Origin: a virus
Taxonomy: Duplodnaviria > Caudoviricetes
Length of the DNA: 64,000 bases
Strand: one strand, 5' to 3'
IMG/VR virus record: IMGVR_UViG_2545824688_000002
Span: 8,428-72,427 of that record
Of this stretch, positions 45,361-54,298 are shown in pieces. The notes below the pieces were generated by a model. It was not told the origin of the DNA. It made no database searches and worked only from the letters and a program-made list of their open reading frames with translations. A program made the position numbers and the translations under genes. The first letter of the stretch is position 1. The number at the start of each line of letters is the position of its first letter.

Positions 45361-45747
45361 TCATTGTTGGCGGATTTCCGTAATCAGCTCGGACAACGCG
45401 TCGTTCCCAGCCTTGGCGAGCGCTTCCGCCGCCTTTGCGAGAAAGCTGTCGGAGACAACGAGCGTATACGTCTTTTCGGTCGGTGGAGTCACGGACAGAA
45501 CCGTGATTGTACCGGAGGATTCTACCGGTTCGAGTACGGAGTAATACGCCGAAGTACAGAGGTCGTACTCGTCACCGTCATCGTCAATAATCTGCGGGTC
45601 GCCAGCGTAATCAAAGCGTTTAATTTCGTAGATTTTCCCTCCCGTCAGTAATGCTGATCCACCCGTGTAGAGAACGAACTTGTCGCCCTCCTTCGCGTGC
45701 CGCTCGACCTTTTTGTACGCCTTGCCTTCGTGCATAACGGTTTCCAC
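45361..45747 (-). CDS. Single-repeat paralog of the SH3/KOW-like family
   Basis: HEGKAYKKVERHAKEGD...YSVLEPVE. Confidence 0.65.
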   Translation of the reverse strand: METVMHEGKAYKKVERHAKEGDKFVLYTGGSALLTGGKIYEIKRFDYAGDPQIIDDDGDEYDLCTSAYYSVLEPVESSGTITVLSVTPPTEKTYTLVVSDSFLAKAAEALAKAGNDALSELITEIRQQ

Positions 45748-45902
45748 TCACATCGCTCCCTTTTCGTTTAATCTTCGTTCGGACACCGGATATTCCCGCG
45801 TCCGCGAGACGGAAGCAGTGCGTTAAATTGCGGTCGGATAATCCGCTTGCTCTGCCTCCGCCTTGCCGACGCGAGATGACCGGCCGTTTGGCGTTCCTAT
45901 AG

Positions 45903-45935
45903 AGATTACCGAACGGCCAGCGCATTCTCGCGCAC
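45903..45935 (-). promoter_or_regulatory. Putative phage-sigma promoter GTGCGCG-N18-GGTAATCT
   Basis: Exact motif heading the SSB/PolA operon. Confidence 0.75.
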
Positions 45936-45942
45936 TTTTTCG

Positions 45943-46707
45943 TCAGATTGCGATATATGCATTCGCGACTCGCTTCTTCTTTTCGATTAACTGCGCCAGC
46001 TCTTCGTCGATTTCGTTAATATACGTGTCGAGCGCGTTAATTCTCGCTTGAAGTGCCATCCTCTTCGCTACACTTCGCGTTGACATTAGCGCCAGCTTGC
46101 GCTCGGCCCGTTCGAATTCTAGCGCGGCCTTCTGTAAGGGCAACGCTCTTTTAATGGCGTTGATTCTCCGGTCGAGCTTACGTATCTCTTTCGCAACAAC
46201 ATCACGTACTTTATCCGAGACTACTGGCGGAAACCTCTTTGTGTTGTAGTAGACCGTGCGGATCGTTTTCCGATCAGTACCGACACCTATCGCAACCCCT
46301 CGGGCCGCGTACGTATGTCCCTCGTTTGTGTAGCTCCGGATATTCTCGGCCACGACTTCGGATTCAAGAAATCGTTCGTATATCCATTGCGCCGCCTGCT
46401 CGCGAGGTATACGAAATCGTTGGACTGCTCGATCTATAGCGTGCTCCTTAATTGTTATCCCGTTGATAACCACGTCGGCACTCCGTTTGATGTCGTTCTC
46501 CTGACGCGTTACCCCCGTCACCTTCACGCGGTATCCGGTATGTTCCGTCAGGAACAGGTAGTCTCCGTATTGGTACGTTGTTTCCGTCACTTGAACGGAC
46601 TTTCGGATTCTTTCGTTGATCCAACTATGCGCGCGGTTGAGTTCGATTCCGACGAGTGCGGCAACGTCCGCCTGAGCCTTCGGCGTAATGCGCAACTTTT
46701 CGTTCAT
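45943..46707 (-). CDS. Hypothetical protein with two related small domains and a coiled coil
   Basis: LRITPKAQ...SWINERI and ITIKEHAIDRAVQRF...QWIYERF. Confidence 0.65.
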   Translation of the reverse strand: MNEKLRITPKAQADVAALVGIELNRAHSWINERIRKSVQVTETTYQYGDYLFLTEHTGYRVKVTGVTRQENDIKRSADVVINGITIKEHAIDRAVQRFRIPREQAAQWIYERFLESEVVAENIRSYTNEGHTYAARGVAIGVGTDRKTIRTVYYNTKRFPPVVSDKVRDVVAKEIRKLDRRINAIKRALPLQKAALEFERAERKLALMSTRSVAKRMALQARINALDTYINEIDEELAQLIEKKKRVANAYIAI

Positions 46708-46835
46708 GCGATCCTCACCGCCTTAATCGCGAGGTCTGGCGGAAGGTAGTCCGCCGGGTCTTCGTCAATCGCGAAGTCTCCTTCGTAATCGAGAAGCGTG
46801 CGGCCGGTTACGTTGTAGAGCGAGTATTTATCCAT
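46704..46835 (-). CDS. 43-aa acidic hypothetical protein
   Basis: MDKYSLYNVTGRTLLDYEGDFAIDEDPADYLP...; SD GGAGGG; ATGA coupling. Confidence 0.55.
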   Translation of the reverse strand: MDKYSLYNVTGRTLLDYEGDFAIDEDPADYLPPDLAIKAVRIA

Positions 46836-46941
46836 CGTTTAATCCCTCCATTTATCGGAAATAATTGAAATGTGAGGTTCGGTACAATATAATGACAAAG
46901 AGACGTTCTATGACGCAAAGTCCAAGCGACATATAGCGTTC

Positions 46942-47532
46942 TCAGCAGGCCAAGTAGTCCTGGATGCGTCCGAAACGATTGGCGTCGTATCGGTTGCGTA
47001 GCTTGTCCAGCGCTCTACTTACCTTCGAATGGTGCACTCCGAGTTCTTTGGCGAGAGCGGTCGGAGTACTGCACTTTGACAACAAAGCTAAAACCTGAAC
47101 AGTAAAGTCACTTTGGCCGGTGGCGAGAAAGGAGATCAGTTGGCGCTGGTCTCTTTTCTTTATTACCACTTCTTCGGGAGTTGGCGTATGCTCCCGGTTG
47201 AAGTCCTCTGACATCGTCTCGACGTTGGCGTCATCGAGCGATACCGTTTCGTGAATGCGTCCGTGCTTTCGGAGTAGATCGATCTTTCGGCTTTTTAGCC
47301 GCGTATAGAACAACCCCGCGAAACTTCCCTTTGATTCTTGATAGTTGGTTACGAGATCGAAAATGACGTCATCGTAAACCGCTTCTACCTCATGAGGATC
47401 AATCCCCATTGTTCGAATGTCGTACTGCAGCTTGTCCGAGAGGTGGTCTCTAAGCTTTCGGTAAACCTCCGCAAAAAGTGTTTGACACTTTGTTCGTTGA
47501 TACTTGCGGATTAATGGCACATGGATATTCAA
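46942..47532 (-). CDS. Phage-encoded sigma-70 family (ECF/SigH-like) factor
   Basis: Region 2-like YQESKGSFAGLFYTRLKSRKIDLLRK, VSLD, TPEEVV, region 4 HTH LAKELGVHHSKVSRAL. Confidence 0.8.
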   Translation of the reverse strand: MNIHVPLIRKYQRTKCQTLFAEVYRKLRDHLSDKLQYDIRTMGIDPHEVEAVYDDVIFDLVTNYQESKGSFAGLFYTRLKSRKIDLLRKHGRIHETVSLDDANVETMSEDFNREHTPTPEEVVIKKRDQRQLISFLATGQSDFTVQVLALLSKCSTPTALAKELGVHHSKVSRALDKLRNRYDANRFGRIQDYLAC

Positions 47533-47561
47533 TTGGCATCCTCCTTTTTGGTCGGTCACTT

Positions 47562-47594
47562 AGATTACCGATGGGGCAACCGAAGTCCGCGCAT
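47562..47594 (-). promoter_or_regulatory. Putative phage-sigma promoter upstream of the sigma gene itself
   Basis: ATGCGCG-N18-GGTAATCT. Confidence 0.75.
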
Positions 47595-47615
47595 CTTTTT
47601 CCCAATTTTTAAAAT

Positions 47616-47643
47616 AAAAAATGGTAGGAACTTGTCCTACCAT
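47616..47643 (-). terminator. Intrinsic terminator after the XRE-TPR gene
   Basis: ATGGTAGGA-CAAGT-TCCTACCAT perfect stem followed by a T-tract. Confidence 0.7.
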
Positions 47644-47742
47644 AAAATTAACAATCATTGGATTATTTGTAATTCGGTTTTCAGTAGCTTTGTATATGTT
47701 TATACGCGATCGCCCTAACTTTTCGACAAAATTTTACAGCGC

Positions 47743-49041
47743 TTATGCGAGCCGTTTCTTTAGCTCGCGAATGACTATACGTTGCTCATCGGTTAATTGA
47801 TTACTGCAAATTGGCTCGATCCCAACGAGTGGGATTGCTACCGTCACCAACTCATCCTCGAGTTTGCCTCCGTGCAAACTTAATGCGCTGTGTAGTAAGT
47901 AGTTCAGGGCCTCCTGGTATTTTTTATCCTGGATTGACAGAATGCCCTTATTTCTGAGGTGGAGTGCTACCTCATCTTTAAATCGGTAAGCTGTTTCCGC
48001 CTGTCCGTCGACCTTGTTTATCAGGTCCTCAGACTGCGCAAGGTACTCCCGCGCGGCAGCATAATTCTCTTCTGTGATCTCCGCAAAACAAAGGTCAGTC
48101 AATACGTGAATCCTCGCCTCGTCACAGGGCTCTGTTGTCTCGAGAATCTTATGCCAGTATTCTCGAGCGAGATCGCCGTTCTTCTTTTTCCAGTAAGCTC
48201 GGGCTATATTTGACACACATCCAAAATAATACATATCTTTCTCTTGAGGATCACCCGATTCAATGCACTCTTCGTACCGCTTGATCGCGTCGTCATACTC
48301 TCTTTGCTGCATCAGAATATTTCCCCAACGAATAAGAAGATACCGCAAGCAACTCTTATCGACATGACTGCGATACTCATAAGCTGATCTCGCTACTGCT
48401 TGCGCGTCCGAATAGCGGCCTGAGTAATAGAGCGCTGAGCAATACTGGTAGAGTAATGAGAACAATTCGTTTTTTGGTAGTTTTTTCGGTCGATCAGTCG
48501 CTTTGTAAATTTCAACAAGGACTTCAAAGTACATGCTTTCCCTCGAGATTTTGTACATTTTATCTAGCCATTTGAAAATGTCTGCTCGATCCATTACTCG
48601 AAGCATCTCTCTTGCAAGCAGCTTCACATTCCCTTTACGTTTTTCTTTAATCCTGCAACACAAGATCAGGAATATTCCGGTTGCAACGTAAGCTTTTGCA
48701 GACCGCGCCCCTTTTTTCTTGGAAAGTGAGAAGAGGCGGTACGCGATTTTGTGCACATTCTCTAAGTAGCCTTTTTCCAACCACATGAGGCCTAACGTCT
48801 CCAGCTCACTAAGGTCTGTTTGAACACGAAGATACTTGTCTGCTACTGCTTGTATCTCAAAACACAGCACTTGAGCGATATCCAGGAGAGTTTGGAGTTT
48901 TGGAACAACCTTCCCTCTCTCTATTTCGCAATAATGCCCTATATTTAACCGAACTGGATCGGCGAAGCAAACATCTTCCTGTCGAAACCCCCGCGCTAGA
49001 CGTTTCAGCCTAATGAAGTTTCCGAGTGCTTTTCTTGACAT
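47743..49041 (-). CDS. XRE-HTH + TPR regulator (RRNPP-like architecture)
   Basis: IRLKRLARGFRQEDV...EIERGKVVPKLQTL HTH; TPR-like WGNILMQQREYDDAIKRYEEC, NIARAYWK. Confidence 0.85.
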   Translation of the reverse strand: MSRKALGNFIRLKRLARGFRQEDVCFADPVRLNIGHYCEIERGKVVPKLQTLLDIAQVLCFEIQAVADKYLRVQTDLSELETLGLMWLEKGYLENVHKIAYRLFSLSKKKGARSAKAYVATGIFLILCCRIKEKRKGNVKLLAREMLRVMDRADIFKWLDKMYKISRESMYFEVLVEIYKATDRPKKLPKNELFSLLYQYCSALYYSGRYSDAQAVARSAYEYRSHVDKSCLRYLLIRWGNILMQQREYDDAIKRYEECIESGDPQEKDMYYFGCVSNIARAYWKKKNGDLAREYWHKILETTEPCDEARIHVLTDLCFAEITEENYAAAREYLAQSEDLINKVDGQAETAYRFKDEVALHLRNKGILSIQDKKYQEALNYLLHSALSLHGGKLEDELVTVAIPLVGIEPICSNQLTDEQRIVIRELKKRLA

Positions 49042-49119
49042 GGTGATACCACACCTTTCCATTTAGAGGTCAGTAAAGTAGAATAAGAAAGAACTTTATA
49101 TATTCTGGGGGAGCGTACG

Positions 49120-49344
49120 ATGCGAATAGTAATCGGACGCTGTCATCTCCTCGAATTACTTAATGATAGGAACCTTTCACAAGCGGAATTTGCTCGACGG
49201 ATTGACGCCCATCCACAAACGGTTGCTAAATGGGTGAAAAGGGAAGACGTCATGTCTCTCGCCAAAGTCCTCTCAGCGTGCCGCATCTTGAGTTGTTCTA
49301 TCGATGAACTCTACGAAATTATCGAGGAGAAGACGGACGAGTAG
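49120..49344 (+). CDS. XRE/Cro-family HTH regulator
   Basis: LSQAEFARRIDAHPQTVAKW...ILSCSIDELY. Confidence 0.9.
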   Translation: MRIVIGRCHLLELLNDRNLSQAEFARRIDAHPQTVAKWVKREDVMSLAKVLSACRILSCSIDELYEIIEEKTDE

Positions 49345-50338
49345 GCGTATGCCTGCTTGTACCCCGATTATAAGCGAATTCGCTTATATTTAATGTAAAC
49401 GAAATCAATCGCGCCCTGCTAACATATTTATGCAATTTTTCGATACTACCGATCTCATTCGGGTCTTTGTACCTAAACGGATACCCCGCGATTCCAACGT
49501 TCATGTACGGAGCCAGCCGCTCGATAACGCTCCGTTTCAACTTCTGTCCGGCCTCGTCATGGTCCGCCATAACGACGACCGTATGTAGCGGACTCTTCCG
49601 AATCAACTCCGCCTTCACTTCGCTAAACTCCGATCCACCTACGGCAATGGCCGCAAACCCCGCCGTCCGTACGTAAAGGGCGTCAATCTCCGCTTCCACA
49701 AGAACCGCCAGTCCATCGCGTTCCTTGTAAATCCGGTCCATCCCGTACACGATCTCGCGGGTGGGACGGCCGCCCTTTGCGTACCAAAACGTTTTTTCTC
49801 CGACTTTCCGGTACTTGACCGTTTCTAGCGTCCCATCCGCTCCGATCCACGGGAACACTACGGCCTTACTTTTCGGACAGTATCCGGTGTGCATTTGGCG
49901 CTGCACATCTTCGGATATTCCGCGTTGAGTGAGATACGGGTGGGGCCCGATCAGTCCGTCCAGCATCCGCCAGTCCAACGTTTGGCGTCGTTGGGGAAGA
50001 CGGAGGGTTCCCGACAGGTCAAGCGTAAGTTCGTCGGGATCGACCGGACCGTCTCCGCCCCATCCGTATCGCAACCGCAGGTATTCGCGGACCTCGCCTT
50101 CCGTTTCGTTTCGGAGGAAAGCGAGAAGTTTAACGATACCGCCGCGTGCGTATTCGCCAGTTCCGCCGCTGTCTACCCAATCGCCAGCTCGCGCGCCAGT
50201 GGCCGGGTTATCGCGAAGCCATACCATGAATGACGGGTGGCTGTCGTACCGAAACGGGGAGGCTGCGAGTAGCTTGTCCTCCGTCCAGGTGGCGCGGGTC
50301 CAGGAGTAGGCGGAGAGTTCGTCACTTATCGAAATCAA
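49319..50338 (-). CDS. DNA primase (TOPRIM)
   Basis: SPFRYDSHPSF, LVEAEIDAL, ADHDEAG, KDPNE. Confidence 0.9.
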   Translation of the reverse strand: MISISDELSAYSWTRATWTEDKLLAASPFRYDSHPSFMVWLRDNPATGARAGDWVDSGGTGEYARGGIVKLLAFLRNETEGEVREYLRLRYGWGGDGPVDPDELTLDLSGTLRLPQRRQTLDWRMLDGLIGPHPYLTQRGISEDVQRQMHTGYCPKSKAVVFPWIGADGTLETVKYRKVGEKTFWYAKGGRPTREIVYGMDRIYKERDGLAVLVEAEIDALYVRTAGFAAIAVGGSEFSEVKAELIRKSPLHTVVVMADHDEAGQKLKRSVIERLAPYMNVGIAGYPFRYKDPNEIGSIEKLHKYVSRARLISFTLNISEFAYNRGTSRHTPTRPSSPR

Positions 50339-50362
50339 ATAACCACCCCATTTAAACCAAAA

Positions 50363-50674
50363 TTACTCCTCTTTTAAAATCTTTTTTATAGGCTTTTCTG
50401 ATGCTAACTTTTCCTCATATTCGGGATTTTTCACTATCATTCCATTTTTGGTTACCGCTGCTAAATCCATCTTAACCTCAAGATCATTAAGTGCTGCCAG
50501 AATAATTCCTTGTAAAAACTCTTGCTTCGATAGTTTCAACGCCCGCCGTATATACTCAATCCTCCGATTGTTGTAGGTGCTGAACGTGAGAGAAAATCTC
50601 ACCTCCTCGGCTTGAACATCGCTTTGGGTTCTCGATACCAACTGGTTCAGGTGCTTTTCTAGGAACTCACTCAC
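50363..50674 (-). CDS. AT-rich moron, possible RHH DNA-binding protein
   Basis: VRFSLTF...RIEYIRRALKLSKQEF; inserted between helicase and primase. Confidence 0.55.
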   Translation of the reverse strand: MSEFLEKHLNQLVSRTQSDVQAEEVRFSLTFSTYNNRRIEYIRRALKLSKQEFLQGIILAALNDLEVKMDLAAVTKNGMIVKNPEYEEKLASEKPIKKILKEE

Positions 50675-50807
50675 ATGAACTCTCCTTCCATTGTCTTCCT
50701 GAGAAGATAATAACACCATAAAAGAGGATATGCAAGTGATTTTTTGCACCAATTTGGTGTATTTTATAGTCAACACTACCTGCATTATTGACTATAATCA
50801 ACGGTAA

Positions 50808-52151
50808 TTAAAATTGGAACTGCCCCGCAGCCTCCGCACCCGTCTCCATTTCGCGCACGATCCCGTAATTTGGCAGATACAGCAGCTCAACCGTAGTCCC
50901 TTCGCCACCATTCCGCCCTTTCCCGAGCTCGATCACGCCCAGCCCATCGCTCGCGACGGTATCAATTCCGAAAACGTTCGTCGCGTCTTCGAGGACTGCC
51001 TTCGTCTTCTTGATTTCGGCCCGCTGCGGCGGACGCAACTCGCGGTGTCCATCGTCGGTTTTCTCGTCCTTTACCTCGTCAGCTTGCGTAATTACGTGGA
51101 GGACCGTTCCATACTTGCCCGCCAACCTACGCAATTTCTTCGACGTTTCCGCCGCGTCACCGCCCGTTGTTTTGCTCGTATTCGTTTCGTAGTCCATGTA
51201 GTAGAACGGATCGACCAGCACGACATCGGCACCGGTTGCAACAATGTCCGCCTCTAGGTCGCGCACCTTTCGCGAGTCAAAGTCCTGGTCGTCTACGGAC
51301 CGGATGATGATTGTCCCCGGCATCTCTTCGGCAATCCGCTCCAAAAACGCCTTGAACGCCGCCTCGAACTCTTCCGCAAGCTGCCCTCGTAATAGCGCCA
51401 GATTATCGAAGCCAGCTTTCTGAATCACGCCATCTATCTCGGCGTCACAAACGCCAAGGCGTGCGGAGATCGACGTATAGGCCCGCGCCATCCACTCGTA
51501 ACGCGACATTTCCATGATCCACGCGAGAACAACTGCGCCCTGGAACGCGGCCTCGATAACTTCCTCCGCTGTGATAACGGACTTGCCCCGGCCTGATCGC
51601 GCGTACCACGTATACATACTACCGGACAGGTAGCCGCCAATCTCGCGGTTAATGGTCGGAAACTTGCTCCGCCATATCTTGAACGAACGCCCCTCTTTGC
51701 GCTTCCGATACTCGTCGAGGAAGGCGACCGTATCCCGTTTAATATCCGTGCCCACCTTCGTTCGGCTGGCGGTCCCGGCTTCGATCTCACCGAGTTTCCC
51801 TCGGACCCACTCCGCGAACTCCTCCGGCTTCATGGTCGTATATTTCTCGCTGAACTCCCGGCTGGTGAAAAACGCGTGCTGCCGGTATTTGGCCGCGCCC
51901 TCCTTGACCTTCCGCGCCAGCCACTCGAACGAATCGGCCACGTCCGGCCTGTACGTAAAGCCCGCAACCTCGGCCGCGACCGTTCGATAGTCCGGGGCCT
52001 GGCCGTTGGCTTCCGCATAGTCGCGGATAAACCGGTAGGCCCGGCGTTCTGGCTCCGTGAGGAAGTGGTCCTCACGGATGTCGTGGCGGATGAGGGCGGC
52101 CGGGTCGTTTGCGTCGATGACTTTCGATAAAAGCGATTCTCCGTATGCCAT
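50808..52151 (-). CDS. DnaB-like replicative helicase
   Basis: ARSGRGKS Walker A, VLVDPFY, ITQAD, KGRNGG. Confidence 0.9.
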   Translation of the reverse strand: MAYGESLLSKVIDANDPAALIRHDIREDHFLTEPERRAYRFIRDYAEANGQAPDYRTVAAEVAGFTYRPDVADSFEWLARKVKEGAAKYRQHAFFTSREFSEKYTTMKPEEFAEWVRGKLGEIEAGTASRTKVGTDIKRDTVAFLDEYRKRKEGRSFKIWRSKFPTINREIGGYLSGSMYTWYARSGRGKSVITAEEVIEAAFQGAVVLAWIMEMSRYEWMARAYTSISARLGVCDAEIDGVIQKAGFDNLALLRGQLAEEFEAAFKAFLERIAEEMPGTIIIRSVDDQDFDSRKVRDLEADIVATGADVVLVDPFYYMDYETNTSKTTGGDAAETSKKLRRLAGKYGTVLHVITQADEVKDEKTDDGHRELRPPQRAEIKKTKAVLEDATNVFGIDTVASDGLGVIELGKGRNGGEGTTVELLYLPNYGIVREMETGAEAAGQFQF

Positions 52152-52198
52152 TCGGGTCACCTCCGTTAATGTACGTTAACAAAATGATCATACTTTAC

Positions 52199-52212
52199 GG
52201 AACGTTTGTTCT
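52199..52212. promoter_or_regulatory. Putative LexA/DinR SOS box upstream of the helicase
   Basis: GGAACGTTTGTTCT; 13-bp core identical to the box at 1553. Confidence 0.65.
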
Positions 52213-52405
52213 CTTTTTTGTACAAGTACATTGTACTTCCGTTGGTACATTTTTGCAACATTCGACAAAAAATTCCGCCATTCGAACTACTTCCTCGTCA
52301 AATACCACGCGAGATAATGCCGGTCCCACAGACGTCGTGCTCTCGCTTCCATCCGTGCAGCCCTCCGCAACTGCCAGCCGTGATAGCGTTCGCGAACCCA
52401 CCGGA

Positions 52406-52621
52406 TCATTCCGTCACACCCCCGCGAACCAGCAGAGTATCGTACCATTCCGTCAGCTTCATTTCGCAGAAAGCGTAACGCCCTTCGCTCAATCTTCCGC
52501 GATAGAAACGATCCTCCAACGCCTTGTCGTACTCATTGATCGCGTGCTCGCAGAACGCAAACTCTTCGGCGGACAATTCCGGCTTTGGCGTGCGGCGGCG
52601 GGTGCGTTTCGGTTGTGTCAT
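52406..52621 (-). CDS. Hypothetical protein
   Basis: SD GAGGAGG. Confidence 0.55.
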   Translation of the reverse strand: MTQPKRTRRRTPKPELSAEEFAFCEHAINEYDKALEDRFYRGRLSEGRYAFCEMKLTEWYDTLLVRGGVTE

Positions 52622-52633
52622 CGCGATTCCTCC

Positions 52634-52822
52634 TCAATGTATCGGTATTGGCGACCAATCCATCGGACTACCTGTTAATAGCGAAATTAATCCGCGCCAA
52701 ATTAATACCGGCAATGCTATCGGATTTCCCCCAGCGTAAATAATGACGAACTCTAATACGAGTAATCCGAGCGCAAGGGTATTGAGAATTGACATTACTT
52801 GACGCATCAAAAAGCGTATCAC
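52634..52822 (-). CDS. Small membrane protein
   Basis: Hydrophobic; GTGA overlap with the loader stop. Confidence 0.5.
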   Translation of the reverse strand: MIRFLMRQVMSILNTLALGLLVLEFVIIYAGGNPIALPVLIWRGLISLLTGSPMDWSPIPIH

Positions 52823-53604
52823 TTCCGCATCCCCCTTTTTGATTCGCCAACAAACGGAACCACCGCGCACTGATCCCGGACCCGATCCGCCAGCCGCGCG
52901 TCAAACACCTGCGCCAGCTCGTCGATTGTGACGTTCGAAGTGTACACGGTCGGCTTGCGCTCGGTGACCCTCGCATTAATGATCGCGTGCAGGTCACCAC
53001 GAAACGCTTCGGTCGCCTCCCGTACGCCAACATCGTCGAGCACCGCAAATGGTGCGGACTTGGCGGCCTCCATGGCGCGATAGTACGCCGCCGACGCTGG
53101 TCCTGCGATGTGGTCCGGCACACGCGGCCGGTTGAACGCGTTAAATTGCGTCTGCCATTCGTTCACGTCCAGGAAGTACACCGGCCGTTCAAGCGGTCGC
53201 CTATTCCGTTGAAGGCTGCCGATATAATGGCGGACTAGGTACGTATTGGCAATCGCTGCGGCTGTCGTCGTCTTGCCGGTGCCGGTCGCGGCCGAGTACA
53301 GGTATAGCGATTTTATCCGGTCGGCGGGATCGTCCGAGAACATCCGGTCGAACGTCTCGATGTACATGTCGACCTTCCGGTATGCGTCCGCCTGGTCCGC
53401 GCGAGCGACCGAGGATGCGACCGTCACGTTGCGGTAGTCGGCCGGGATGCTCGCGGCGGCTACGCGTCCGCCCGTTCCGCTGGCTCCGTGGAGGGCGATG
53501 AAGTGCGGGCAAAGGCGGGTGCAGACGGCAGGGTCGGTGGACGTCCGGCAGGGTTCGCGTAGGATGCAGGCGGCTGCGTTGGTTTGCGGTGTTGTAGCGG
53601 TCAA
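52819..53604 (-). CDS. DnaC/IstB-like AAA+ helicase loader
   Basis: TGTGKTT, VLDDVG, TSN, RLADRV. Confidence 0.9.
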   Translation of the reverse strand: MTATTPQTNAAACILREPCRTSTDPAVCTRLCPHFIALHGASGTGGRVAAASIPADYRNVTVASSVARADQADAYRKVDMYIETFDRMFSDDPADRIKSLYLYSAATGTGKTTTAAAIANTYLVRHYIGSLQRNRRPLERPVYFLDVNEWQTQFNAFNRPRVPDHIAGPASAAYYRAMEAAKSAPFAVLDDVGVREATEAFRGDLHAIINARVTERKPTVYTSNVTIDELAQVFDARLADRVRDQCAVVPFVGESKRGMRK

Positions 53605-53619
53605 ATCGCGTTCACCTCC

Positions 53620-53647
53620 ACTATCCAAAAGTAATGTTCTGTTAAGT
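53620..53647 (+). repeat. dif-like site 1 ACTATCCAAAA-GTAATG-TTCTGTTAAGT
   Basis: 11-6-11 layout; arms match B. subtilis dif at 7/11 and 8/11. Confidence 0.7.
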
Positions 53648-53842
53648 TCTTGTAACAGTGAACTCCCAAATGCACTCATTCACACCGTTTGCTGGTGCAA
53701 TATCTTTAATGTTTGCTCTCGTAAATACCTTTCCTTTATGGCATCCTTCAACGCATTTTGCTTCGTACTCCAAGTCTAAAGCTATGCATTTCATATGGTA
53801 TTCCAGTAATACCTTTGTGTCTATCAACTCAATTTTACCCAC
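53642..53842 (-). CDS. Cassette gene, Cys-containing hypothetical protein
   Basis: Stop codon lies inside site 1. Confidence 0.55.
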   Translation of the reverse strand: MGKIELIDTKVLLEYHMKCIALDLEYEAKCVEGCHKGKVFTRANIKDIAPANGVNECIWEFTVTRT

Positions 53843-53867
53843 TCACATCGTGCCCCCTAAAGTTTTA

Positions 53868-54020
53868 TTAGTTTTGATCTTCCTTTGGATTTGCTCTCCA
53901 AGGAATGTTTTTTGTTCGTTTTGTGTAACCACATGTATAACAATCATAACAGCGTTTTCCTTTTAATGCTTGATATCTACCACAAGCATTGCAATACCCC
54001 AGATTAAAAGTAAAATTCAT
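53868..54020 (-). CDS. Cassette gene, 50-aa zinc-ribbon-like protein
   Basis: MNFTFNLGYCNACGRY...RCYDCYTC; SD GAGGGG just after site 2. Confidence 0.55.
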   Translation of the reverse strand: MNFTFNLGYCNACGRYQALKGKRCYDCYTCGYTKRTKNIPWRANPKEDQN

Positions 54021-54036
54021 ACTTTATACACCCCTC

Positions 54037-54064
54037 TCTTAACAAATCGATTGTTTTGTAAAAC
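54037..54064 (+). repeat. dif-like site 2 TCTTAACAAAT-CGATTG-TTTTGTAAAAC
   Basis: Same layout and orientation as site 1. Confidence 0.7.
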
Positions 54065-54072
54065 AGTCATGT

Positions 54073-54267
54073 TCAGTCTTCTTCAAATTCAGTGTCAACA
54101 CCATCATCCCTGAGAAAATCGCTTAAAATCTCTAAATCGCCACTAGCGACAACCATTTCCCAGGCTTCCCCTTCATAGCCGAATTCCTCAGCAAGCGTAG
54201 TGATAGCACGATCGAATCGTGTAAATTCGTACTCACCGCAATTAACAACCAATTTCATCACTTTCAT
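54073..54267 (-). CDS. Cassette gene, small acidic protein
   Basis: SD GAGAGGA; strongly acidic 64 aa. Confidence 0.6.
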   Translation of the reverse strand: MKVMKLVVNCGEYEFTRFDRAITTLAEEFGYEGEAWEMVVASGDLEILSDFLRDDGVDTEFEED

Positions 54268-54298
54268 CCTCTCCGGTTTCGATTGGTTTGTTTATGAC

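Noticed and set aside
47621-47643. Perfect 9-bp palindrome as the TPR-regulator operator
   Set aside because: Followed by a T-tract on the coding strand, so a terminator is the simpler reading; an operator role is not excluded.
47521-47742. AimP-like peptide gene downstream of the TPR regulator
   Set aside because: No ORF with an RBS and signal peptide; the + strand 65-aa ORF overlaps promoter and terminator elements.
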